DNA from: Flectonema sp. DT1601
Taxonomy: Eukaryota
Assembly (NCBI GenBank): GCA_964019425.1
Contig: OZ025786.1
Span: 992,001 to 1,056,000 of the forward strand
DNA length: 64,000 nt
Reading direction: 5' to 3'
This document shows positions 1-10,677 of this stretch, piece by piece (within the stretch, counting starts at the first letter, position 1; each line of letters begins with the position of its first letter). A program made the position numbers and the translations under genes. Under the pieces are notes generated by a model, which had not been told where the DNA came from, did not search any database, and saw nothing but the letters and a program-made list of their open reading frames with translations.

Positions 1-363
1 ACTCCACCCTCAACGAATCCTCATGATCGCAGAAGAATCTTTTTAGATGACGATTGCTAAGTTCTAGTTTCTATTAGTATTAAATTATTTGTATTATTTT
101 GTCGATATGTTTATGTCTGTCCGATCATAACGTCAATCAGATTAATTGTTAATTGTAATTGGTTTGAGCGCTTATCAAAAAAAAAAAAAAGCGAACTCCA
201 ACCTCAACGAACTTTCATGATCGCAGAAGAATCTTTTTAGATGACGATTGCTAAGTTCTAGTTTCTATTAGTATTTATTTATTTGTATTATTTTGTCGAT
301 ATGTTTATGTCCGTCAGATCATAACGTTAATCAGATTAATTGTCAACTGTTAATTGTAAATGG
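1..363 (+). repeat. Two direct copies of a ~165 bp unit separated by a poly(A) run
   Basis: 1-163 and 195-363 are near-identical (catgatcgcagaagaatctttttagatgacgattgctaagttctag...). An A14 run at 177-190 lies between them. Confidence 0.9.
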
Positions 364-541
364 TCTAAACCCCAATCCAAGTTCCCAAGGCTTGGCATAG
401 ATTTGAGTGACGCCTTACTGGCCTCCTCATCCTCTATGAGTGGTGAGGGGGCCAGCAATGGTTTTTTTTTTTTTTCTCTTATTTCTTTTTTTTCTTTTTC
501 TTTTACTCTAATATGAAATATTTTTGAACAAAATGTGATTA

Positions 542-573
<32 letters not shown>

Positions 574-700
574 TGTAAATGAATAATAAAAAAAAAAAAA
601 AAAAAAACATGCCTTGGGAATACAACCAAAGCCCCAATTAATCGGTCCTTTCTTTTTTCCTTCTTGTCAAGTGATCGCTCCACTCGTCGATCACCAAAAC

Positions 701-1121
701 CGATTGTATTTATATCTGTTCTTTTCTCAACGATCGGCTATACCGATCATTTTTTTTAAAAATAATTGTTTTCTTCTTCTCGACGACCAGATCCAATTGA
801 TCGACCTTTTCTTTTTTTTTCCTTTATTCCTTCCATCCCTCCCGCTCCCCTTATTTTAATAAAAACAAGATCAGCTCAGCTTGATCGTTAAACTTTTTTT
901 ATTTATTTATTTTTTTTTTTTTTTATTTAAACTGATTGTATTTATATCTGGTTATTTTTCTCAACGATCGGCTATGCCGATCGACCTTTAAAATAATTGT
1001 CTTCTTCTTCTCGACGACCAGATCCAATTGATCGACCTTTTCTTTTTTTTTCCTTTATTCCTTCCATCCCTCCCGCTCCCCTTATTTTAATAAAAACAAG
1101 ATCAGCTCAGCTTGATCGTTA
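701..1121 (+). repeat. Tandem duplication of a ~190 bp unit, period ~231 bp
   Basis: 701-890 matches 934-1121 (gattgtatttatatctg...tcgacgaccagatccaattgatcgacc...gatcagctcagcttgatcgtta). Confidence 0.9.
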
Positions 1122-1410
1122 TTTATTTATTTATTTATTTATATTTTTTTTTTTTTTGTTGGTCCTAGTCAAGACCTTAAACTGACTAATCGGTCTTAAC
1201 TTTAACTAAGTGAATGAACCCTTTCCGTTTTCCTTTTCCCTTTATTACTCTCTATCTGGTCTGTTATGTCATAAATCTCATTTAATTTTATCATTCATTT
1301 TAATTTTCACTGTTTCCCATCTACATTTTATTTTCAAATAGTTCCGGTCTGTCTCTGATGATAAATAAAACTGATCATGTTAACTCAATATTTTTTTTTT
1401 ATTATGTGCA

Positions 1411-1510
1411 AGAGATACCAACACGCAAGAGATACCAACGCACATACGAGATACCAGCACTTCCGAGATACCGACACACAAGAGATACCAAGACACTTAA
1501 GATACCAGCA
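1411..1510 (+). repeat. Six regularly spaced AGATACC motifs
   Basis: AGATACC at 1413, 1430, 1449, 1466, 1483 and 1500 (periods 17,19,17,17,17) with variable AC-rich spacers. Confidence 0.85.
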
Positions 1511-1824
1511 AGGACAGTGAGAGGTAGAATGAACTCTCCTCCTTGCGTCCGATCCTGATTATTTTTTGTTGAATTGGTAGTGTTACCTCATTTTGCTACT
1601 CTCGTATCTGTGTTGTGTTAACTCATGTAAGTGATCTTAACTCCTGTTAAATAAAAAAAAAAAAATTTCAAAAAAAAAGAAATTAAAAAAGAAGAATTTC
1701 AAATGAAGTTATATCAACCCCTGCCACCCATTATGATCAATTCCGCTTGTTTTTTTTTTTCTTTTTTTTTTTTCTTCTTTCTTTTCTTCAAATATAAAAA
1801 AAAATTAAAAAAATATAAAAGATG

Positions 1825-2033
1825 AAACAATGTTATCATTGTTTTTTTTATCGATCGACTATGTCGATTACTTCCAGTTTTCCGTCCTGGTCAAGACGCT
1901 AAACTGATTGTTTTTTTTTTTTTTTTTAAAAAATTAATAAAAAGAATATAAAAAAAAAAAAAAAAAAGAATAAACAATGTTATCATTGTTTTTTTTTATC
2001 GTTCGACTTTGTCGACTAATTTCTATTTTCCGT
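1825..2033 (+). repeat. Duplicated ~60 bp module with an 8 bp palindromic stem
   Basis: aaacaatg-ttat-cattgttt followed by atcg..cgact.tgtcga...ttttccgt, at ~1825-1885 and ~1972-2033. Confidence 0.75.
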
Positions 2034-2064
2034 TTCTTTTCTTTAAATAATAAATAAAAAGAAT

Positions 2065-2673
2065 TTAAATTTCACGTTTTTCTTGGTCGAGGATGAACTC
2101 TTCCCTTGATTTCTGTTTGCGGGGTAAATTCCGCTTTGTTTCTTCAAAGAAACTGCTACATATTTGATAAACCGTTTTGAGTAGTTTATCAAGTTGGTCG
2201 GCAGGTTTTAAAGAGTTTTCTGTTTCGACGGTGAAAGTTTGGAGTTTTTCTGCAGCAGGAACGTCGATGTCCTTCCATTCAGTTCCAAAAGATCGGAATT
2301 TGAGACGAGACGGGTGTAACGGGGTAAAAGTGGGTGTTGTAGAGTTACAAGGAACGAAAACTGTTTGTGAAGTTTTAAAATCTACAGATTCTCCTACAAA
2401 GGGAGGTTCCAGGTCTGAATTATTCCCTGTGAGGGGAGACAGAGGTGTACCTTTACATGTACCGTTAGCACAGTGTTTCGCTCTCGTAGCGATACTTTTG
2501 AAAAGCTTACCAAGGTGAGTGGTAACAATCTTTAACTTGGGAGTGGGTAGATGGGGGAAAACGTGACTTATAGTCCTTAAATTCTTTACTAAACTTACAG
2601 TTACGTCTAAAGTGCGCAACTGGACCTTGAGGTTGTGTTCGCATCGCATGCATGATCTCTTCAAACCGCTCAA
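2065..2673 (-). CDS. Hypothetical 202-aa ORF, possibly a relic; start uncertain
   Basis: Long ORF in homopolymer-free sequence, non-ATG start in the track, no recognisable family. It is the only sizeable minus-strand candidate not overlapping a + gene. Confidence 0.3.
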   Translation of the reverse strand: MSGLKRSCMRCEHNLKVQLRTLDVTVSLVKNLRTISHVFPHLPTPKLKIVTTHLGKLFKSIATRAKHCANGTCKGTPLSPLTGNNSDLEPPFVGESVDFKTSQTVFVPCNSTTPTFTPLHPSRLKFRSFGTEWKDIDVPAAEKLQTFTVETENSLKPADQLDKLLKTVYQICSSFFEETKRNLPRKQKSREEFILDQEKREI

Positions 2674-3049
2674 GGGTGCTAGTTGTATTCATTGTTAGTC
2701 TATGGGTTTATGTAGGCTGAAGTTGGGTAGAAACCATAAAGCCGCCCCAATTGTACCCACAGTCAGTGTAAATATAACCATTTTGCATGAGAAAATATGG
2801 AATTTTGGAACTGGCGATGAGTAAAGTGGGATCCCAGACACGGATTTCAATTTTTCGAGTATAGAACATCGTAGGAAAAGTGATCAGAATATGTTCCAGG
2901 TGCTGCCAGTTACCTTTGGCCTAAATAGTCCTGTACTTTTGGCACATCCTCATTTATTAATTTAATACTTGTTGAATTTATATTACTTTTTCTGTTTTTT
3001 TACAACAGGCTCTCGAAACCACTACGGGATTAAATAAATAAAACAAAAT

Positions 3050-4363
3050 ATGTCTGCCCATACACAAGTCGCAGCCTACAATATGATTTGTAAGGATTTG
3101 GAAGTCCCTCCAGACCCGACAGTTATCGGAACGTTGAAGACAAATAGCTCTTATCTGAAAGTAGGAAAGACTCAACCTCATCATGCAGAAGGGAGGTATT
3201 TAGCCCTCGTGGAATTACTTTTATACCAATGTGAGGGAAGTACTCATGAAGATGAAGGGACCAGGAGAGTTCTTGAAAATTTCAGAAAAAGAAGAGCTCG
3301 TTCTGCCTCTGTGACTGGTTCTGACATACACATGACACCCATCACCCATCTTGATCTGTCTGGATATGGAACCGCTGCAGGTGCAAATGGTGGTGGATTA
3401 CTCAGAGTTTTATTATCTGTAGATCGTCACCTCACCACTCTCGAAATCCACAATTCAGATCTGAACGCTCACAGCGCAGAAACCATGTCTGAAGGACTCC
3501 TGAAGAATAGAACTTTAAAAACATTAATTTTAGAAGGAAATCCTTTGGGGATGGAGGGAGCTGTTGCTCTAGCAAACAACCTTCCGGATGACACTAATTT
3601 GATGACGTTAGACATCACAAATACGCAGGCTAGTTTTAAAGGAGTGCAACAACTTACAGCGAGAGTTACGGAAATCAACGCACTGAGAGCCACTCAATCG
3701 AAACCGTTATTGAAATGTTTGACTGAGAGAAACTTTTGCCTTGAAGAACTCGCAAACAGTATCAGCCATGGGATTGCTTCTGTTGCAGCTATTTTTGGAG
3801 CTTCACTGCTACTCCCGAAAGCTAGTCAAAAGGGAGAGAGAGAATTTCTTGCGTGTTTTGTATTCATCGCAGCGATGCTAACCTGTTATGTGTCCTCAAC
3901 ATTATATCACAGTATGTTTATGTTAAAGCGAACACAGAAGGTATTCAAAATTTTAGATCACTCGGCAATATATCTTCTGATTGCGGGAACGTATACTCCC
4001 GTAGTTCTAATTCAGCTTTATCACATACCTGAGTGTAATATGTTATTAGTCTTTCAATGGGTTATTGCTTTCTTAGGGATAACAATGAGGGCACTTGCAC
4101 CTGAAGAAAGTAAATTCATTGATCGTTTGCAGCTATTTTTGTTTGTTGCGATGGGATGGTCAGCACTTACAGTCGTTCCCCACATGCTTGCTTTGGATTC
4201 ATTCTTCAGGAATGGTATTATATATGGAGGTATTTCATACACGGTTGGCATTATCTTCTTCATAAGGGGTGAGGTGTGGCCTATGTACCACGCCATTTGG
4301 CACTTATTTACCATTGTTGGAGGACTTTGTCACTTCTTAGTCATTTATAGTTCGGTTTCTTAA
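3050..4363 (+). CDS. RNI-like LRR + Hemolysin-III/PAQR 7-TM fusion protein
   Basis: LRRs ITHLDLSG, LTTLEIHNSDL, LKTLILEGNPLGMEGAVALA, LMTLDITNT. PAQR motifs EELANSISHG, SSTLYH, LDHSAIYLLIAGTYTP, HAIWHLF. Confidence 0.9.
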   Translation: MSAHTQVAAYNMICKDLEVPPDPTVIGTLKTNSSYLKVGKTQPHHAEGRYLALVELLLYQCEGSTHEDEGTRRVLENFRKRRARSASVTGSDIHMTPITHLDLSGYGTAAGANGGGLLRVLLSVDRHLTTLEIHNSDLNAHSAETMSEGLLKNRTLKTLILEGNPLGMEGAVALANNLPDDTNLMTLDITNTQASFKGVQQLTARVTEINALRATQSKPLLKCLTERNFCLEELANSISHGIASVAAIFGASLLLPKASQKGEREFLACFVFIAAMLTCYVSSTLYHSMFMLKRTQKVFKILDHSAIYLLIAGTYTPVVLIQLYHIPECNMLLVFQWVIAFLGITMRALAPEESKFIDRLQLFLFVAMGWSALTVVPHMLALDSFFRNGIIYGGISYTVGIIFFIRGEVWPMYHAIWHLFTIVGGLCHFLVIYSSVS

Positions 4364-5951
4364 GATTACAGACTGCAGTTTGTGACGTTATTTTTTATTT
4401 TCTTTAATATATACTGAACAACTTTTTGCATGAGAGGGATAAACATAATGTTGGGCAGCACTTGTAATCCTTTGTAGGCTCTTACAGTTTGACTGGATTG
4501 CGGTTTAACAAGAAAAAATAAATTTCTGTTTCATGACGAATTCCATCTAACCTAATGGTATATTATTGTTGCGTAGTATGTGGGGAGTTTAATGTTTTTA
4601 AAAGAATAATTTCTACCCTCTTTTTGTATTAGAATTGTGACCTGTGTCTTGCTAATGTCTTTGTCATTGCTAGTTGGCTTTCACTGATATTTATATTGGG
4701 GGTGTTAAATGGTAAAAGAAATAACCATGTTGACGTAGTCCCTTTGCTGAGAAGGGCAAACGCGATGAGTAGGACAGTCCTGACACAGTGTCCCTGTCCC
4801 CCTTGCTTTCTTCGCTGAAGGGGGCTGGGTAAGGGGAATGTCCGAAGAAACCTTTTTTAATTTTAGCCCGAAGCCAACTTGTTTGTTATCTTACGAATTT
4901 TTGCATTTGATTTTTTTTGATTGACTGATAATAATTAATATTAACTATTTGATACTGGGGATCGCCTACACTGTAATGCATTACCTTTATTGACTAAATC
5001 CTTAAGAGTTGGTGTAGTGATGATAAATATTCGTATTGTCTTTTTTATTATTATTTGAGATCTTCCTGATCTCGGAAGCTACATCTTATTCTTCACTCGC
5101 GGAGGGTAACTATTGCTGGGAGATCTGTTTTCTTTCGTGTGTTGTAAGGTATAATGAGACTGTCTGCTTGCTGAACAGATTCCGTTTTCGCTTTTGGTGC
5201 AAATGTGTGTCTCGAGGAATGCTTTAAATTATGTGCGTTTTTTACTAGTTTTTCACTCTTTTTTTCTCCCTCTGGTTTTCTTTTGGCAACCTCAAAGGAA
5301 GCCGTTTTCTCTAAGAAGAAGCCATGCTTTTTTTTTGCATCCTTGTTGATTGCGAAAAAAGTAAAACAAACGTTTTATGTGTTCGTAAAGTGTTTTTTTG
5401 CTAGCGGCCCTATACAATTATACTTTTAGCCCAGTTTGCATCACTATACACGGGTGATCGAACAAGATTAAAGGCTCAATGCTACTTTTGTGACACTGAC
5501 ATTTTGCCCTTCCTTGCTTACTCGTTTTGTAGAGATTGAGATTCGTCTGCGTACCTCAAAGGTTTTGCATTGCTTTTTTCTCTCTATTCTTCTATTTTCT
5601 TTTTTCTAAATTTGTGGATGAAGGGAAAAAAAAAAAAAAAAAAAATAATGTTGGCACAACTCACGCTGTTGCAAGGCTTACTGATAAAAAACTTTTTTTC
5701 GATAGTTGTTTGATTTTTGTTGTTTATTAAATAGAAATAAAGAAAATAAATTTATAGTCGGCACACGGTTTCTGACGCTGACACTCGGCACACGGACTGG
5801 TGTGACCTTCCTAATCAGACACTTGGGGAGAAGATTCATTTTGTGAGGAATTCGTCAGATGTGTTATATTGTCTTCTTGACATGTAAAAAAGGTACTGTT
5901 CTTTTTTTTATATTTCATCACGCTTTCAACAGGAGATTGGAGGGTAAATAA

Positions 5952-7139
5952 ATGACCACACGGTTTTGTACTACCGCAGTGTTGGTGTTGACGGTGAACA
6001 GTCAGCCACCACTAGCTGAGCAATATGGATATCAGAGTCCTGATGGAAGTAGGACTAGTCCTGGTGGTGAAACAGTTCCTTACTATCCTGGAGTACCAAC
6101 ACCACCTCCTGCTGTGAAGTATACATCTCCTCTGTCACAGCCGCCGTCTACGTCACCTTACAGGAAGAATAGTGGAGTTGATGGGCCTTATGCGAGAGGT
6201 AATCCGAATTATGTATATCCTCCTCCTCCTGTGCCACCACCAGGTGTCGTCTTGGATACGAATGGAAATATAGTTGCCTGTAGCAGGGATGTGACAAGGT
6301 GTATTGACGGGGCATATGTCGGTAGAAATCGTGAAAACGGATGTCAATTCTTCAACTGTCCAGCAGGGTATTGGCCAGGCTACGGTGATGGAATATCACC
6401 TCCAGCGACGGCACCTCCCGTGAGAGTGCCGCAATCACCGGCAGTGAATCCGACTGTTCCAGTTGCTGGAAACCAATCGCCGTTTGTTGCTACTCCTCAG
6501 CCATTTCCTTGGAATAGAACACCAAAACCACGAACATGGTCAACTCCACAACCTACTCTTGGAGCAATAACACCTCCTGTGGCAGTTCCTACTAATATTC
6601 AAATTCCAACTAACAGACCTGTTGCAATTCCCCCACCAGTTCCAGTTGGAAATAATGGAGGAGGTAATGTTCCTTGGAACCCTCGACCTACACCACAACC
6701 AACTCAGTGGGGTTCTGGACAGTTTGTGCCACCTCCACCAAGGACACCACAACCACAAGGGGTTCCTGTTTTTAATCCAGTAGTTGTGAATCCTAGTAGT
6801 GTGAGTCCTCCTCCAACTGTTGCTGCTTCGTCTCCTCCAACAGATGATGACGATGGTAAAACAGCATTCATCATCGGTATGGTACTTCTTGTTGTGCTGA
6901 TCTTGTTGGGAATCTTTGCTGCTGTATATTTATGCATGAAAGCAAAATCTGAACAAAAGAAAAAAACTGCTGAAAAGCAAGCAGAGCGGGAACGACAAAT
7001 ATCCAAAGCGGTAACTGGCATGTCTCCTCCGCCGAATTCTAAAAGTCTTGTTGTTCATCCGCAGTTTAATTACCCTTACAATAATTATCCTGTAGCTCAG
7101 CCTGGGATGAAACACCCTCCGTACGATTATGGGTACTAG
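5952..7139 (+). CDS. Proline-rich single-pass (type I) membrane protein with a 4-Cys module
   Basis: Short hydrophobic N-terminus, Pro/Thr-rich ectodomain, ACSRDVTRCIDGAYVGRNRENGCQFFNCP module, TM segment AFIIGMVLLVVLILLGIFAAVYLCM, then a basic stop-transfer. Confidence 0.85.
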   Translation: MTTRFCTTAVLVLTVNSQPPLAEQYGYQSPDGSRTSPGGETVPYYPGVPTPPPAVKYTSPLSQPPSTSPYRKNSGVDGPYARGNPNYVYPPPPVPPPGVVLDTNGNIVACSRDVTRCIDGAYVGRNRENGCQFFNCPAGYWPGYGDGISPPATAPPVRVPQSPAVNPTVPVAGNQSPFVATPQPFPWNRTPKPRTWSTPQPTLGAITPPVAVPTNIQIPTNRPVAIPPPVPVGNNGGGNVPWNPRPTPQPTQWGSGQFVPPPPRTPQPQGVPVFNPVVVNPSSVSPPPTVAASSPPTDDDDGKTAFIIGMVLLVVLILLGIFAAVYLCMKAKSEQKKKTAEKQAERERQISKAVTGMSPPPNSKSLVVHPQFNYPYNNYPVAQPGMKHPPYDYGY

Positions 7140-7955
7140 GTCGGCACCTATTGTTGTTATAGTTTCACTTACAATGCTGGGTGGAACCACACCAACCGCA
7201 TGAAAATTGAGAGCGAAAAATAACAACAGCAACTTGTATTGTATTGCATCGTCGGTTCTTTCAAACTATTGTGACAATGAGGAAATAATATTCGATTTTT
7301 GAAGCTTCAGACTCACGTTGAATGCTTAATGAAGCAACTCTTTCTTCATTAGTATTTCTTTTGTTATCTCCTCTCTTCGTTTGTTTATTTCAAACAAACA
7401 ATCTATTGTATATATGAAGATAAAAAAGAATAGGAAAAAAAAAAAAAAAAAAAAAAGAATGCTTGACAACATGAGTTCTGTTCTTTTGCTTTTTCTTCTT
7501 GTCTTCCCTCTTCTTGATATTGTACCAGTTTTTGTTCCTTCAGTATGTGTTTCTATTTTTGTGAAGACGCTTGTTAAATATTTACTGAAGACAGATGTAA
7601 AACAACATGACTATTTCTTAAGGAGGTCAGGCTGATTACCACTCACAATCTATTGAAATCAAAATACTTGTGGAGCTTCGTAAGCAGAACATAACAGTCG
7701 ATCAATTGGTTCTTTTGGAGTGCGTCTGTTTGTTTACTTTTATTGATATTTCTTTCTCAGATGCAAATACTCAAGCCCTGGAGTTCACGGCTAATTGAAG
7801 TTAGGATTCAGCTTCGAGTAGGAAGCATGACAATTAGTTTACTGCTCAGGGATAATAAAGTACATATGTTCTCAACTGAAGCTGTCATTATCTGAGGTAG
7901 GTTCCTATTATTTTATTTAACATACTCATTCCAGGTAGGAATACAACAAAAGAAC

Positions 7956-8234
7956 ATGACTATTGATGGAAGTTCGATTACAGAACAATCTCAAGATATG
8001 AATACAATTAGTGGATCACGGCCGAGTAGTAGGGCTCGTTGTCATCCTCAACTCACTCGGCTCGGTATGCAGCAGATTGCAACGCTTTCAATGGCTTTGA
8101 GCACACTTCAAAAATATGGTCTATCGACTGTTAAAGACGTTGATGGACTTCGAAAAGCAGCGTCAACACAAAGTCTAATTAAAGGAAAACAAAAACACAG
8201 CAGTCTTGTTGCCGTAAAGAGTCCGGTCTCTTAA
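7956..8234 (+). CDS. Small hypothetical protein or last exon of a degraded gene
   Basis: 92-aa ORF after an AG at 7934. Upstream 7600-7896 looks coding, but I could not assemble a stop-free spliced frame. Confidence 0.3.
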   Translation: MTIDGSSITEQSQDMNTISGSRPSSRARCHPQLTRLGMQQIATLSMALSTLQKYGLSTVKDVDGLRKAASTQSLIKGKQKHSSLVAVKSPVS

Positions 8235-8883
8235 GGTGTCTATTGTTCTGTCTTGTGGGAAGTGATCTTCAATTTAATATATTGAAATGAAAAAAAAAAA
8301 AAAAAAAAAAAAAAAGTCTTCTCACTAGCCAGTTTATGTTACTTTTGAAGCCAATTATTTTCTCACTTTCTCTCCCTCTTGTTTTCACTTCAGCCTCCGG
8401 TTGGTAGTGTCTTCTCAGCTTTAGTGATGGATTTTAATTAATCTTGTTTTAGTTTTTCCTTTTGAGTGATTTTTTTTTTTTTTTTTTTTTTTTTGTTTCT
8501 TCTTTACAGTCAGTCTTGGTAACCTGAGGGAGCTTCATGACTTTTGGCTCCTGGACTTCTTAAAAATGACCACATTTTCTCTTTTCTTTCCATGCCACTT
8601 AGAAAGACGCAGTCTTCTGATTAGGCTTTTCCCATCTACCTTCTATTATATTCTCTCAAGTTTTTCTTTTTTCATTTTGTTTTTATTTTTGTTGTTATTG
8701 TTATTGTTTTTTTCTTTTTTTTTGAGTATTTTCAAAAAAAAAAAAAAAAAAAAATACATAAAAATTGCTCTCTTTACCACTGCATGCATTTACACGTTGG
8801 CAGTTTTTTTCCCAAGTCGATCTATTTTTTAGTGGATTTATCAAATAGGATCATTCTTTCTACAGACCTCACAAATAATTATT

Positions 8884-10017
8884 ATGACTTCGTCAATCCC
8901 AAGAACTATGAAAGCCTTAATGAAGAGTGAAGACGTAAAAGGATATAAGTACATTGATGTTGAGGTACCAAGACCTGGACCTCACCAAGCTTTAGTGAAA
9001 GTTACAAAAGTTGGAATATGTGGGTCTGATATTCCATTACACCAGTGGACTGATGTTGGTAAATCAATTGCTACACTTCCTTTTATTCCTGGACATGAAG
9101 CAGTTGGTGTTGTTGTTGCTATTGGAGATGGTGAACAACCAGAATGTGCGAAAGACATCAAACTTGGTGATCGTGTTGGAGTTGAAAATCACTACTACTG
9201 TGAAAAGTGTTACCAATGCAGACACGGCGTTCCTCACATCTGTTCATCAATGGGACAACTTGGACATGGAAAACTTGGGTTCGGACCCGGCATGGACAAA
9301 ACTATCGCCATGCAAGGAGGTTGTTCTGAGTACGCTCTTGTTCCAACAAAGATGTTATACAACTTAAAGCTCGGGATATCAGACACTCAAGCATGTCTAT
9401 TAGAGCCTATGGGTGTAGCTCATCATGGATGTGAAGCAGCAGAAGTTACTAAAGATGATGATGTTTTAATTATCGGATGTGGTGCAATCGGTCTTCTTGC
9501 CATTCAAATTTGTAAAGCCATGGGTGCTTCGAAGATCATTGCAGCTGATATCGATCCGACTAAATTAGGAGTCGCTTTAAAATGCGGAGCTGATGTTGTC
9601 GTCAACAGTAAGAACCAAGACTTGAAAACTATTGTCATGCAGAACACTGAAAACTTTGGAATCGGTCATCTTGTTGAGTGTACTGGTGTCCCAGCAATAG
9701 TCGACTCTTGTTTCGAGTTGGTTCGCAAAGGTGGAAACGTCTGTCTTCTTGGAATCCCAAAAGCGAGTGTTAAACCTCAAGAAAGCGGAAAAGACTTCGT
9801 TTTTCGCTCTCGTACAGTCAGAGGCATTCATGGAAGAAAGATTTACCATACGTGGGAACAGTGTGAATACTTGATTGCGACTGGTAAGGTAAAACCAGAA
9901 ATAGTTGTGACTCACGATTATGCTTTGTCTGAATACACGAGAGCATTCGACACTCTTCTCAGTGCCAAGGGAATTAAGATACTGATGACCCCAAACCCGA
10001 CTTCTTCTAAGTTGTGA
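8884..10017 (+). CDS. tdh: Zn-dependent (MDR family) L-threonine 3-dehydrogenase-like protein with C-terminal PTS1 (SKL)
   Basis: GICGSD, PGHEAVG, structural-Zn CEKCYQC...C, LLEPMG, GCGAIGL. GIHGRKIYHTW resembles bacterial Tdh GIYGREMFETW. Ends TSSKL*. Intronless. Confidence 0.82.
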   Translation: MTSSIPRTMKALMKSEDVKGYKYIDVEVPRPGPHQALVKVTKVGICGSDIPLHQWTDVGKSIATLPFIPGHEAVGVVVAIGDGEQPECAKDIKLGDRVGVENHYYCEKCYQCRHGVPHICSSMGQLGHGKLGFGPGMDKTIAMQGGCSEYALVPTKMLYNLKLGISDTQACLLEPMGVAHHGCEAAEVTKDDDVLIIGCGAIGLLAIQICKAMGASKIIAADIDPTKLGVALKCGADVVVNSKNQDLKTIVMQNTENFGIGHLVECTGVPAIVDSCFELVRKGGNVCLLGIPKASVKPQESGKDFVFRSRTVRGIHGRKIYHTWEQCEYLIATGKVKPEIVVTHDYALSEYTRAFDTLLSAKGIKILMTPNPTSSKL

Positions 10018-10642
10018 TGTTGTTAAAAAAAAACAACAAAAACGAACTCTCTTGATCCATCCCTCTTATTTATTCTACACAAGTTTTCTTACAACAAAAT
10101 TATCTGATTTCCTTCTGATGGACCAAACAAACATACGGGGCGGATGGAATCATTTTCTCCTTTATTTTCATCTTTTTGTTTTTATTGTTTTCGTCAGCAG
10201 TGGGAACATCACTTGTTAACCTCATTTATTATTTTATTATTTTAGTTTGCTTGGGTGAGTTGCGTGTTGCTGTTATTGAAGATGAAAATGTGAGGGGAAA
10301 AAAGAAAAAAAAAAGTTAACGTGTGGCACTGGCTGCTGATATCTTTTTTTTTCTGATTCTTTTCTTTATCGGTCGCTTTTATGTTTGGTATTCGGACTTG
10401 AGAGAACAAAAAAATGAAAAAAAGAAAAAAAAGCGTGCGTGCATGAGAATGACCCCGAGTGCGTTCTTGTGAGACAACGGAAGTCGCTTTCCATCTGCAT
10501 GGGAAATGCTCTTTTGCTTTTTCCCCCCGTTCCAAAAAAAAAAAAAAGAAAGTAAGCAAGCAGGTTTTCGTGCAACAAACGAAATAGTTTTTTTTACGCC
10601 ACCACTACCACTGCCCCAAAATAAACTAAAAAATAGGAGCGG

Positions 10643-10677
<35 letters not shown>

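Noticed and set aside
1411..1510. CRISPR array
   Set aside because: Repeat of 7-8 bp and spacers of ~10 bp are far too short; eukaryotic context; no cas genes.
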